From positions 36,929 through 100,928 of the forward strand of contig CAYFUR010000002.1 in the NCBI GenBank assembly GCA_964346275.1: a stretch of 64,000 nt of DNA. Direction: 5' to 3'. The stretch comes from an uncultured Candidatus Sumerlaeota bacterium (GTDB lineage Bacteria; Sumerlaeota; Sumerlaeia; SLMS01). The translations under genes were made by a program, and so were the position numbers. The notes under the pieces are model-generated. The model searched no databases. It was not told where the DNA came from and saw nothing but the letters and a program-made list of their open reading frames with translations. Below are positions 44,724 through 54,067 of this stretch, in pieces (position 1 is the stretch's first letter; each line of letters opens with the position of its first letter).

Positions 44724-44828
44724 CAGGCTCTTTCGATCTCAGAGGGATTTCACCGAACTCATCGGGACGTTGAGGCTTAACCGCACCGGGCGTGCTGCGT
44801 CGAGGGGGAATTCCCCCCGCCGCGGGGC

Positions 44829-46625
44829 CTACATGCGCTCGGGAGGTTCGATTCCCAGCAGTCCGAGCACAAGCTCCATGGTGCGAAGCGTATGACTGAC
44901 CAGGCCAAGCCAGGCGGCCTGGCGCTCGGGATCGGATTCGGAAAGGATGTGGCACTGCTTGTAGAACTGGTTGAAGACCTGCGCCAGGTCGAAGGCATAG
45001 ATGCAAAGGTGGTGGGGCATGCGGGTTTCAGCGGCGAGAGCCAGCGCGTCGGGGAGGGCGAGCATTTGGATCTGGAGCGCGCGCTCGGCATTTTCCCGTG
45101 CCGGGAGGATGGCACCGGGCGCAAGCTCCTTCCCTTCTGCGTTGCGAAGGATGGATTTGATACGCACCGCCGCATAGCAGAGATAGGCGCCGGTTCGGCC
45201 TTCGAAGCGTGTGAACTTCTCCGGGTCGAAGATGTAATCGCTGGTGCGCTGGTTCTGCAGGTCCGCATATTTCAGGGAAGCGAGGCCGACACGCCGGGCG
45301 ATTTCCTGGCGGGTATCGTCGTCATACTCTTCCGCGATTCCATTCTCGACCATGCGTTTCATGGCCTCGCTGGTCATCAGCTCCATCAGGTCGGAAAGGC
45401 GCATGACCCCTCCGGCGCGCGTTTTGAACGGCTTGCCATCGGGACCATTCATGGTGCCGAAGGCGAGGTGCTCCAGGCTGGCCTCAGATCCGGCAATACC
45501 GCTCTTGCGCGCCGCGCGGAAGACCTGCTCGAAATGCAGTCCCTGGCGCTTGTCCACGATGTATAGACACGCATCGGCGTGAAATTCTTCGGTGCGCTGC
45601 TTGATCGTGGCCAGATCTGTCGTCGCATAGAGATAGCCGCCGTCGCGCTTGACCAGCATCAGCGGCGGAATCTCTTTTTTGTCATCCTCTCGGGCGACCG
45701 GAATGATCAAGGCGCCCTGGTCCTCGACGGCGATGCCTTTTTCGCGAAGATCCGCGACCATCGGCCCAAGGGAATCGTGGTAGTAGCTTTCCCCGAACCA
45801 ATGGGTGAATTCCACGCCGAGGCGGTCGAAATCGCGCCTCAGTTCCTGTATAGACACATGGACAAAATGCTTCCAGAGCGCCAGATAGCCGGGGCGGCCG
45901 CCCTGGAGTTCGGCGGTGGCCTGCTGGGCCAGGGCGAGTTCTTCCTCATCCCCCTTACAGCGTGCGGAGGCTTCAGGGTAAAGGCGCTGGAGATCGTCAA
46001 TAGAGACCGGCGATTCTTCCGGATAGGGGCCGGTGAAGCCGGGATCGAAGTAGGAAAGAGCGGGCTGCTCGCGGCGGACCGCCTCGATGAGCATGCCCAT
46101 CTGCGTTCCCCAGTCGCCAAGGTGGATGTCGCTCAGAACCTCGTCGCCTAGAAAATGAAAGAGCCGCTGGAGGCTGTCGCCGATAATCGAGGACCGAAGG
46201 TGGCCGACGTGCATGGGCTTGGCCACGTTGGGGCCGCCGAAATCGAGAACGATTTTTTCCGGCGTTTCGACTTTTTCCAGGGCCAGGCGTTCGTCTTCGC
46301 GGGCCTGTTCGAGCATTTCCGCGAGAAGGCCATTGGAGACGCGAAAATTGATAAATCCAGGGCCGGCGATGCTCAGGTCTCGAATGCTGGGGTCTCCCCC
46401 CACCAGTTCGATGATCTGCTCGGCGATCTGGCGGGGGTTTTTCCGAAGCGTCTTGGCGGCGGGCATGGATCCATTACACTGGAAATCGCCCAATTCGGGC
46501 TTCTGAGAGGGGACCACATCGCCGAAGCTTTCGGGGGCGCCAAGCTGGCCGAATGCCGAACGAAAGATCGAGGAGAGGCGATTGCGCAGGGAATGAGGGA
46601 AGAACAAGGATCGAAAATCAGCCAT
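44829..46625 (-). CDS. argS: Arginyl-tRNA synthetase
   Basis: NVAKPMHVGHLRSSIIGDSL (HIGH region) and a C-terminal DALR anticodon-binding domain ending in M. The start is set at ATG 46625. The track start is 46667. Confidence 0.92.
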   Translation of the reverse strand: MADFRSLFFPHSLRNRLSSIFRSAFGQLGAPESFGDVVPSQKPELGDFQCNGSMPAAKTLRKNPRQIAEQIIELVGGDPSIRDLSIAGPGFINFRVSNGLLAEMLEQAREDERLALEKVETPEKIVLDFGGPNVAKPMHVGHLRSSIIGDSLQRLFHFLGDEVLSDIHLGDWGTQMGMLIEAVRREQPALSYFDPGFTGPYPEESPVSIDDLQRLYPEASARCKGDEEELALAQQATAELQGGRPGYLALWKHFVHVSIQELRRDFDRLGVEFTHWFGESYYHDSLGPMVADLREKGIAVEDQGALIIPVAREDDKKEIPPLMLVKRDGGYLYATTDLATIKQRTEEFHADACLYIVDKRQGLHFEQVFRAARKSGIAGSEASLEHLAFGTMNGPDGKPFKTRAGGVMRLSDLMELMTSEAMKRMVENGIAEEYDDDTRQEIARRVGLASLKYADLQNQRTSDYIFDPEKFTRFEGRTGAYLCYAAVRIKSILRNAEGKELAPGAILPARENAERALQIQMLALPDALALAAETRMPHHLCIYAFDLAQVFNQFYKQCHILSESDPERQAAWLGLVSHTLRTMELVLGLLGIEPPERM

Positions 46626-47009
46626 GGAAAAGAGATTTGAAAGAGAAGATAAGGCCTGCAGAGCCACACGCGGAGCGCGTGTTTAGCCGCAAAAGCGCGG
46701 GAAGAGCAAGAGAATCCCGCTTTGGAAAACGGAAGGAAACCGCAAACGGGATAAAATGCCGTTGACAATGGGGTTGGAGGGGACTGGAATCGAAACCACG
46801 ATCAAACAGGACTGGACTAAAGGAACTTGGGCATCAGAGGCAATCGGCTAGACCATCGGCGAGCGGGATAGTGCAGGCCCGCTTGGATATGGTCTTGTGG
46901 ATTATAAGAGCTTGGGGCCAATGACGGTTCCCGTGCTTGGGCTGGTGAGCAGGAGACGAAAGCTCAGCGTTTGATCGGCACGACCTCATTTTTCAGGAGT
47001 TGTTTCATC

Positions 47010-47219
47010 ATGCAGAAGGGTACCGTCAAATGGTTCAACGATGCCAAGGGCTATGGTTTCATCTCGCCCGATGATCAGGGAGCCGATCTCTTTGTTCATC
47101 ACTCGGCCATCACAATGGATGGGTTCCGCACACTGAAAGAAGGCCAGCGCGTGGAATTCGAGCCCGTTCAGGGACCAAAAGGCATGCAGGCCAGCAACGT
47201 GAGATCCACCGAAGCCTGA
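47010..47219 (+). CDS. cspA: Cold-shock protein (CspA family)
   Basis: [18 protein letters not shown] (RNP1) and DLFVHHSAI (RNP2). 69 aa from ATG 47010. Confidence 0.95.
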   Translation: MQKGTVKWFNDAKGYGFISPDDQGADLFVHHSAITMDGFRTLKEGQRVEFEPVQGPKGMQASNVRSTEA

Positions 47220-47245
47220 AGCAGTATCAAGTCGGCTACAACCAT

Positions 47246-47282
47246 GGCGTCCTGGATTTTTCCGGGACGTCATTTCATTATT
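47246..47282 (+). terminator. Rho-independent terminator after csp
   Basis: 10-bp stem GGCGTCCTGG / CCGGGACGTC (two G-U pairs), loop ATTTTT, tail ATTTCATTATT. Confidence 0.55.
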
Positions 47283-47373
47283 CCCCTGCGAAATTCTGTC
47301 TTGATTCCCTCGCGCCCTTGGATATCTTCGGCCAACCCGGGGATTCACCGGGCACGCCCGGCAAGGCAGAGGC

Positions 47374-48504
47374 ATGAATTACGACTTCATTATCGTGGGC
47401 AGCGGCCTGTTTGGCGCCGTCTTCGCCCAGCAAGCCAAAGAAAACGGCAAGTCCGCGCTGATCATCGAGCGCCGCAACCATATCGGCGGCAACTGCTACT
47501 CGTCTGATTACGAGGGCACCAACATCAATATCCACCGCTATGGCACCCATATCTTCCACACGAATTCCGAAGACATCTGGCGCTATGTGAATCGCTTCAC
47601 GGAATTCAACCGCTATCAGCACCGCGTGCTCACGACCCACCGGGACCGCGTTTACTCGATGCCGATCAACCTGGGCACAATCAATCAGTTCTACGGCACG
47701 AATCTGCGCCCCTCGGAAGTCGATGCCTTTCTTGAGAAAAAGCGCGGCAATATCCCCCATCCGCGCAACCTGGAAGAAAAGGCGGTCTCGCTCATCGGCG
47801 AGGACCTCTACGAAGCCTTCATCAAGGGCTATACGGAAAAGCAGTGGGGCTGCGATCCGAAGGAGCTGCCCGCAAACATTATCACGCGCCTCCCGGTTCG
47901 CAGTTCCTATTTCGATTCCTACTTCGACGACAAATTCCAGGGCATTCCCGCCGGCGGCTATACGCCTATCTTCGAGCGCATGCTGGAGGGCATCCCCGTG
48001 GAGACCGGCGTGGATTTTTTCGAGGATCCGGACTACTGGCGCTCGCGAGGCAAGACGCTCGTCTATACCGGGCCGATCGATCTCTTCTTTGAATACTGCG
48101 AAGGGCGGCTCAACTGGCGCAGCGTGCGATTTGAATATGAATGCCGCGACGAGGAGGATTTCCAGGGCACGTCGGTGATGAACTATGCGGACACCGATGT
48201 CCCGTTCACACGCATCCACGAGCCGAAACATCTGCACCGCGAGAAGGCGCACACTCCGGGGAAGACGGTGATTTTCCGGGAATATTCGCAGGTGGATAAC
48301 GACCAGCCCTTCTATCCGGTGAATTTCGCCGAGGACAAAAAGAAGCTGGCCGTTTACCAGGGTCTCGCGGCGAAAGAGCCCCGGACAGTCTTTGGCGGGC
48401 GCCTGGCGGAATATAAGTATTACGACATGCACCAGGTGATCGGCTCGGCGCTGCAAAAAGCCCGCAAGGTGCTCCGCGAGGGCGTGTCCGCTCCGGCGCG
48501 CTGA
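47374..48504 (+). CDS. glf: UDP-galactopyranose mutase
   Basis: FAD fold YDFIIVGSGLFGAV, ERRNHIGGNCYS, YGTHIFHT, FYPVN, GRLAEYKYYDMHQVI. Confidence 0.92.
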   Translation: MNYDFIIVGSGLFGAVFAQQAKENGKSALIIERRNHIGGNCYSSDYEGTNINIHRYGTHIFHTNSEDIWRYVNRFTEFNRYQHRVLTTHRDRVYSMPINLGTINQFYGTNLRPSEVDAFLEKKRGNIPHPRNLEEKAVSLIGEDLYEAFIKGYTEKQWGCDPKELPANIITRLPVRSSYFDSYFDDKFQGIPAGGYTPIFERMLEGIPVETGVDFFEDPDYWRSRGKTLVYTGPIDLFFEYCEGRLNWRSVRFEYECRDEEDFQGTSVMNYADTDVPFTRIHEPKHLHREKAHTPGKTVIFREYSQVDNDQPFYPVNFAEDKKKLAVYQGLAAKEPRTVFGGRLAEYKYYDMHQVIGSALQKARKVLREGVSAPAR

Positions 48505-50607
48505 TCAGCCTTTCACGGCGCCGAAGGTCAGCCCGCGAACGATTTGTTTCTGAAAAATAAAGAAGATGATGATCATCGGGACGGCGGAAATCGTGGCCCC
48601 GGCCATGACGAGCCCGAAGTCCTGGGCGTTTTGCTGCTGTAGCGATTGCAGGCCAACCTCGAGGGTAAAAAGCTCCTCGGACCCCAAAACAACGAACGGC
48701 CAGAAGAAATTCCGCCAGGCCGCGGTGAAGCTCAGGATTCCCCACGCGCCCAGGATCGGCTTGCAAAGGGGCAGAATCACACGCGCCCAGGTGCCGAAGT
48801 ATCCACAGCCGTCGATATACGCGGCTTCGTCCAGCTCGCGCGGCATCCCGATGATAAACTGGCGCATGAGGAAAACACCCACCGGCGCGCAAAACGTCGG
48901 GAGAAATATCGCCCAGTGGGTGTTCATGATGTCTATATGCAGCACATTGCGGATTCCTGTGCTGATGACGATGAAGAGGGGAATCAGCAAAGCCTGGAAG
49001 GGCACCATGATCGAAGCGACAAACAGGCTGAAGAGCAGCCCCCGGCCGGGGAAACTGATCCGAGCGAAAACGTATCCTGAAAGGCAGCTCAGCAAGACCT
49101 GCACAACCGTGATCAACAGGGAAAGATAGGTGCTGTTCCAAAGCCAGCGCAGAATGAGCGGCGCGCGTTCCAGAAGCGTGCCGTAATTTTCCGGGGAAAA
49201 ATTGGAGGGGGAAACCTGGGGTGGCGATGTCTGCAGATAGACACTGGGGGTGAAGGCGGCGAGGAACATCCAGGCCATGGGAGCAAGAAAAAGCAGCCCG
49301 AGGGGGAGGAGAATGGCATGGACGGGGAGCTCGCGAAAAACCGTGCGCAGGACGTGCGGGCGGTTTTTCCAGGCAAGAGAGGCGGATTTCCTGAGTCGAG
49401 GCCACGATGTATATCGCATCGCATTGAAAGTATTCCGGCACGCCGCCGGAATCATGGACCCGAGTGTTGATGCGGACCGTGGCTTTGACCCCCGGAGAAT
49501 GCCGGCGAGCTTCGTGAAAATCCACGAAGCGAAAGCCCAAACCAGCGATCCCGCCACCAGAATGCAGGCAATGAGAAGCATGATGGCCGATTGAATGGAG
49601 CGGGCGACGAGCCTCTTGGCCTTGTGGCCCGCCTGGCCGAGCCATCCAAGAAACAGCCCGACGCGATCGCTGAACCCGCTCGCGAGAGCGTCCATCCAGG
49701 TCTGGGGACGGGACTCCTCGGTGTCTTTTCCGAAGAATTTGAACTGAAGCACGGCAATGGTGGTGACAACGACAAGCAGGATGAGGGACAGGGCTCCCGC
49801 TGGTCCATAGCGCCCCTGCTTGAATGCAAGGTCGTATATCTCGTAAACCACCACGGTCGAGGATCCCGCCGGGCCACCGCTGGTGAGAATGAAAACGAGT
49901 TCGAAAACCTGGAAGGAGCCGATGGTGTTCAGCACGAGCAGATAAAGAATGATCGGCCGCAGATGAGGCAGCGTGACGAACCACCAGGACTGGAGGCCAT
50001 TGGCGCCCTCCACGCGGGCGGACTCCTTCTGATCTCCGGGCACCGACCCAAGGGCCGCCAGAAAGATCAGAATATTTCCGCCGGGCCCCGCTCCGATCGC
50101 CGCGATAATCACCGACCAGATCGCCCAGTCGGGATCCCCGGTCCAGTTGATCGGGCCCAGTCCAAACTGGTCGAGCACCGCATTGAGCAGCCCGAAGTTG
50201 GGATCGTAGAGCGTTTTCCAGATCAGGGCGAAGACGATCGCGGATGTCACCGTGGGAAGGTAGAAGGCCGCGCGGTAAAAAGCCTGGCGCTTCTCCCCCA
50301 CCGAGTGAATCAGGCTGGCCACGACGAGCGACATGACGAGATTCACGGGCACAAAACAGATGGTGAAAAGCAGTGTATTCTTGAAGGCCAGTTGAATGCG
50401 CTCGGCCATGAGCACATTGCCAAAGAGATCGCGGAAATTCTGAAACCCGACCCAGGGACTGCCCATGACGCCCTGGGCCATTTCCACGTGCTTGAAGGCA
50501 ATGACAAGCGCCAGAAGCATGGGGATGCCAAAAAACACTGTGAACAAGAGCAGCGAGGGCGCCAGCATCGTATAGGCGGAAAGTGTGCTGCGCCATCCCC
50601 GGTTCAT
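48505..50607 (-). CDS. Fused carbohydrate ABC transporter permease (MalF/UgpA-like domain + MalG/UgpE-like domain in one 700-aa protein)
   Basis: Two complete BPD_transp_1 cores, each with its own EAA loop: ESARVEGANGLQSWWFVTLPHLRP and DEAAYIDGCGYFGTWARVILPLCKP. They are joined by a ~120-aa linker containing extra hydrophobic segments. Confidence 0.85.
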   Translation of the reverse strand: MNRGWRSTLSAYTMLAPSLLLFTVFFGIPMLLALVIAFKHVEMAQGVMGSPWVGFQNFRDLFGNVLMAERIQLAFKNTLLFTICFVPVNLVMSLVVASLIHSVGEKRQAFYRAAFYLPTVTSAIVFALIWKTLYDPNFGLLNAVLDQFGLGPINWTGDPDWAIWSVIIAAIGAGPGGNILIFLAALGSVPGDQKESARVEGANGLQSWWFVTLPHLRPIILYLLVLNTIGSFQVFELVFILTSGGPAGSSTVVVYEIYDLAFKQGRYGPAGALSLILLVVVTTIAVLQFKFFGKDTEESRPQTWMDALASGFSDRVGLFLGWLGQAGHKAKRLVARSIQSAIMLLIACILVAGSLVWAFASWIFTKLAGILRGSKPRSASTLGSMIPAACRNTFNAMRYTSWPRLRKSASLAWKNRPHVLRTVFRELPVHAILLPLGLLFLAPMAWMFLAAFTPSVYLQTSPPQVSPSNFSPENYGTLLERAPLILRWLWNSTYLSLLITVVQVLLSCLSGYVFARISFPGRGLLFSLFVASIMVPFQALLIPLFIVISTGIRNVLHIDIMNTHWAIFLPTFCAPVGVFLMRQFIIGMPRELDEAAYIDGCGYFGTWARVILPLCKPILGAWGILSFTAAWRNFFWPFVVLGSEELFTLEVGLQSLQQQNAQDFGLVMAGATISAVPMIIIFFIFQKQIVRGLTFGAVKG

Positions 50608-52031
50608 AGAGCCGCCTCGGCCGCATCACGGCTCGCCCAGTAGTCGTCCAATATATACTGGCAACGCTCGGCCATCCGTTCCACGCCTTCGTCCAATCCG
50701 ATGCGGCGGAGCAGGATCAGTTGCAGGTGGGAACTGATCACCTGGTCGAGCTGGGTCCAGGCGGGATGAATCGGCGGGCTATGGGCGTCGGCGATATACG
50801 GCCAGATGGTTTCATAACTGGGATTCCCCTCGAACAGATTGCCGGTGGAAACACGGCTGGGAAAGAGACCCGCCTCGTGGTTGATTTCCTGACCCGCTTC
50901 CAGGGCCAGGTAGCGGGCGAATCTGGCAGCCTCCTCGGTGCGGCGCGGGTCGTGGGGGCGGTCGAAAACCATCAACGACCCGACACCATAGGATGCCATC
51001 ACCTGGGGGTGGCCGGGCATTTTGGGAAAGAGCGCCGTGCGGATTTCCAGGGGCTCCGGCAGATCTTCGGCATCAGGATCTTTTTGGCGAAACTCGGCCA
51101 GGCGCTCGTTCTGCGTCTTGACCGCGTTGATGGACCAGAGAGCCTGGCAGGTGGTGGCGAGGCGCCGCTCGCGTCCGGAAAAGGCGCTCCACGTCGTATC
51201 GTCCTGGATGCCGCCAGCGCCCGGAAGGGCGACCTCTTCTTCGTATTCAAGCTGGAGAAGGCGGCCAATCCCCGCCCTCGTCTCCTCGGAATCGAGGAGA
51301 ATCCGGCGGCCATCGTCGCTGAGGATCCGCATGCCTTCCGCAAAGAGAAAGCTATACGCCTCCCATTTTTCCGGACCCGTATTAAAGCCAACGCCATAGA
51401 CATCGGTTTCGCCGTCTCCGTCGCGGTCGAAGGTCAGCTTGTGCATTTTTTCCAGTAACTCATCCCAGGTCCATTGGCCGTTTTCGGGCAAGGCGACGCC
51501 GCGCTCTTCGAAGATTTCCGGGTTGAGCACCATGACGAAGGCCTCTTTGTACCAGGGAAAAGACCACGTTTTCCCGTCCCATTGCACGGACTCGAGGATG
51601 GTCGAGTGGATGTCCTCGCGATAGGTGATCTCCGGGTTTTCTTCCGCGGGCTCGTCGAGATACGGGTCCACCGCCGCCAGCAATCCCGCCTCGACGTATT
51701 TCACCTGGAGCACCGCGCCTGCCACGTCCGGCGGCCGGCCGGCAAACGCCGCAATGTCGAGCCGCTCGCCTCCCTTCCCCCAGCTCAGCCGTGTATAGTC
51801 GATAAAGACGTGAGGATTTTCCTCCATATAGCGCTCAATAGCATCTTCGAGCCATTCATTCACCGCGGGGAGGCGGGGAAAGTCCCAGAATTGGATCAGG
51901 ATCTTTCCTTCAGGCGCGGAGGGACCAGTGCAGGAAAGGAAGAGACAACTGAGCACAAGCACAGCCAGCATGCCCATCTCACGCCCAATCCTCTTCCAAG
52001 TCTCATTGAGATCGAATTTCCGTCCCCTCAT
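50604..52031 (-). CDS. Carbohydrate ABC transporter substrate-binding lipoprotein (SBP family 1)
   Basis: Signal and lipobox LVLSCLFLSCTG. SBP_bac_1-like length and pattern. ATGA overlaps on both sides. Confidence 0.8.
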   Translation of the reverse strand: MRGRKFDLNETWKRIGREMGMLAVLVLSCLFLSCTGPSAPEGKILIQFWDFPRLPAVNEWLEDAIERYMEENPHVFIDYTRLSWGKGGERLDIAAFAGRPPDVAGAVLQVKYVEAGLLAAVDPYLDEPAEENPEITYREDIHSTILESVQWDGKTWSFPWYKEAFVMVLNPEIFEERGVALPENGQWTWDELLEKMHKLTFDRDGDGETDVYGVGFNTGPEKWEAYSFLFAEGMRILSDDGRRILLDSEETRAGIGRLLQLEYEEEVALPGAGGIQDDTTWSAFSGRERRLATTCQALWSINAVKTQNERLAEFRQKDPDAEDLPEPLEIRTALFPKMPGHPQVMASYGVGSLMVFDRPHDPRRTEEAARFARYLALEAGQEINHEAGLFPSRVSTGNLFEGNPSYETIWPYIADAHSPPIHPAWTQLDQVISSHLQLILLRRIGLDEGVERMAERCQYILDDYWASRDAAEAAL

Positions 52032-52984
52032 TCTTTCTCCTCAAGGGTCTTGCGCATGACCGCGAAACGCCGGGTGATGCAAAATCCCAGGCGCTTATAG
52101 ACACCGCCCGCCGCCCGCTCTCCGGTCCAGAGAACAAATGCCGCGTGATGCCCGGCCCGGAACATGGCCTCCACCGTGCGGCCGAGCAGCACTGTGCCGA
52201 TCCCGCGCCCCTGGAAGGCATCGGCCACGCCGAAGGGGCCAAAGTGCTCTCCCTCGAACTGGCAGTACCCAATGATTCGGCGATCATGGCAGGCCAGCAT
52301 GATCGCTTCTTCCGGAAACAGGCCTTGCGTCATTTCCTTCAAATTTCGGCGGGCATCCTCCAGCCAGGGGCCGGGCATATGTTCGTCCATGAAGGCGAGA
52401 TACTCCAGCATACGGCCCCGGCGAAAAGGCTCGATGGTAATGCCTTCGTTGGCCAGCTTGTGTTCTTTTTCACGCAGTTCCTCGTCGAATTGAAACTGGC
52501 CGATGAGAGCATCCATGGCAATTGCTTCTGTGATTTCCTCGAAGCCGCGACTCTGGAGAAAGGCCAGCCCATCGCGATGGTTCTGCTTATCCACTCCGGG
52601 CACAAAGTAGTTTGGCGTATAGGGGGCAAGAGCGACTTCCCGGCGGCCGCGTACGCGGCAGAAGTTCTCCGCCGCATCCAGGAGCGCCGCGCCAATCCCC
52701 CCGCGCCGGTGTTCGGGATGAACGCCGAAGGCCGTGATAAAGCCCCGGTGCTCCATCAAGCCGGTGTTTTCGATGGGATAGCGCAGAACGAGAGCCAGCA
52801 CAAACCCCACGGGCGGGCCGCCCTCTTTTTCGAAAGCGAGGGTGAGGCTGTCTGGTTCACGGTTCGCGTCGAGGAGGACGCGCCGCTCGAATTCCGAGCG
52901 CGTGATTTGATCGAGAGGAAGTGCCTGGTTCCAAAGATCAAGCAGGGGAAAAAGGTCAGTGTCGCGATAAGCTCGAAGTATCAT
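52028..52984 (-). CDS. Tandem-GNAT N-acetyltransferase
   Basis: Two acetyl-CoA motif-A copies: VHPEHRRGGIGAALLDAA and VADAFQGRGIGTVLLGRT. Start MILRAYRD at 52984. The track start is 53053. Confidence 0.75.
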   Translation of the reverse strand: MILRAYRDTDLFPLLDLWNQALPLDQITRSEFERRVLLDANREPDSLTLAFEKEGGPPVGFVLALVLRYPIENTGLMEHRGFITAFGVHPEHRRGGIGAALLDAAENFCRVRGRREVALAPYTPNYFVPGVDKQNHRDGLAFLQSRGFEEITEAIAMDALIGQFQFDEELREKEHKLANEGITIEPFRRGRMLEYLAFMDEHMPGPWLEDARRNLKEMTQGLFPEEAIMLACHDRRIIGYCQFEGEHFGPFGVADAFQGRGIGTVLLGRTVEAMFRAGHHAAFVLWTGERAAGGVYKRLGFCITRRFAVMRKTLEEKE

Positions 52985-53086
52985 CGAAAGACCAGGGCAG
53001 AGCGGTTCGTTGTTCCTGCCAATTATTCGCGTGGCAGGAGAATTTCGGAGCAAGCGGATTCTGAAAACCCGGAGCCTCGGAGTCTG

Positions 53087-53974
53087 CTATTCCGCGAGTT
53101 CTTCCAGCGCGAAGAGCGCCTCGCGTTCGAGACCAAACCGCTGGGCATAGGCCTGCATCTGGCGCAGGTATTCGCTGTTGCCCGGTTCGCGGGAAAGCTG
53201 AAGAGCGAGGTCGAAAAACATGAGGTGGAATTCGCCGAGGAGGAGTCGTGCCCGTTTTGTCAGGTCCAGGATGCGGTTATCTTCCACAGCGCGTTCCGGG
53301 AAATAATAGTGAAAATCCTCGTATTGCGTGAGGGCGAGCTGGGGCCAGGGCTCGGTGAGCGAATGGTCGATTGCCCGGCGGTAATATCCAAGCGGTTCAT
53401 ATTCCGGCTTTCCCTGAACGAATCGATAAAGCGCGTAGTGGGAGGCGGCTGTTTTCGAGGCTTCGCGCATCAGGGCGTTTTGCTGGCGTTGGCGGAAAAT
53501 CTCCGCCAGGAGGACGTTGATCTGGGCAACTCGCAGATCGACGATCTGAGGCTTGTGGCGCGCTTCTTTAGCCGACTTGAAGAGTTCCACCGCTTCGTTC
53601 AGTTCCTCCACATCCACCCTTTCATAGCCCTGGCTGGCCAGACGCTGGCTCTGGAGCTGGAGCACGGTGCTGGCCACGCGAAATTGGGTGATCGGATCCC
53701 AGGGCATCTCTCTGAGCGCTTCGCGCATTTGAGCGAGGGCCACCAATTCGCGAGTTTCCCTCTGGGAGTCGCGAAAGCCCCGCGTCGATGTCATGTCGGC
53801 CTGAAAGGCATGCCAGCCAAAACGCACGCAGCCGATCACAACGAAAACAAGCGCCCCCGCCGCGGCACAACGTATCCAGAAATGAAGAGGAATCGGCGCC
53901 TTGCGGCGCGCGGGATCGACTCCCTGTTTTTGACGTGGAGGCTGGTTGTCTTTTTGTTTCCGCTTACGGCTCAT
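53087..53974 (-). CDS. Hypothetical single-pass membrane protein
   Basis: Basic N-terminus, TM CAAAGALVFVVIGCV, then a ~230-aa helical extracytoplasmic part. No recognised family. Confidence 0.55.
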   Translation of the reverse strand: MSRKRKQKDNQPPRQKQGVDPARRKAPIPLHFWIRCAAAGALVFVVIGCVRFGWHAFQADMTSTRGFRDSQRETRELVALAQMREALREMPWDPITQFRVASTVLQLQSQRLASQGYERVDVEELNEAVELFKSAKEARHKPQIVDLRVAQINVLLAEIFRQRQQNALMREASKTAASHYALYRFVQGKPEYEPLGYYRRAIDHSLTEPWPQLALTQYEDFHYYFPERAVEDNRILDLTKRARLLLGEFHLMFFDLALQLSREPGNSEYLRQMQAYAQRFGLEREALFALEELAE

Positions 53975-54067
53975 GCTCGGCCGATCCCACCATGGTTTCT
54001 AATAACACTTTAAGGGGCCGGCTGGCGGGAGACAAGTCTGTTTTCAACTGAGAATGCGGCGGAAAAA

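Noticed and set aside
44804-44817. Perfect 14-nt palindrome GGGGGAATTCCCCC just after the argS stop.
   Set aside because: It could form a 5-bp GC hairpin, but no U-tract follows on the transcribed strand and there is only a single copy in the window. Evidence is insufficient for a terminator or protein-binding site.
46771-46870. tRNA-like fragments on the minus strand between argS and csp (TGGTCTAGCC D-loop-like and GGTTTCGATTCC T-loop-like strings).
   Set aside because: I could not build a cloverleaf. The T-stem candidates (GTGGT/CCAGT) mispair, no complementary acceptor arms exist, and the spacing is ~95 nt. Most likely this is chance, or part of the long csp/argS leader region.
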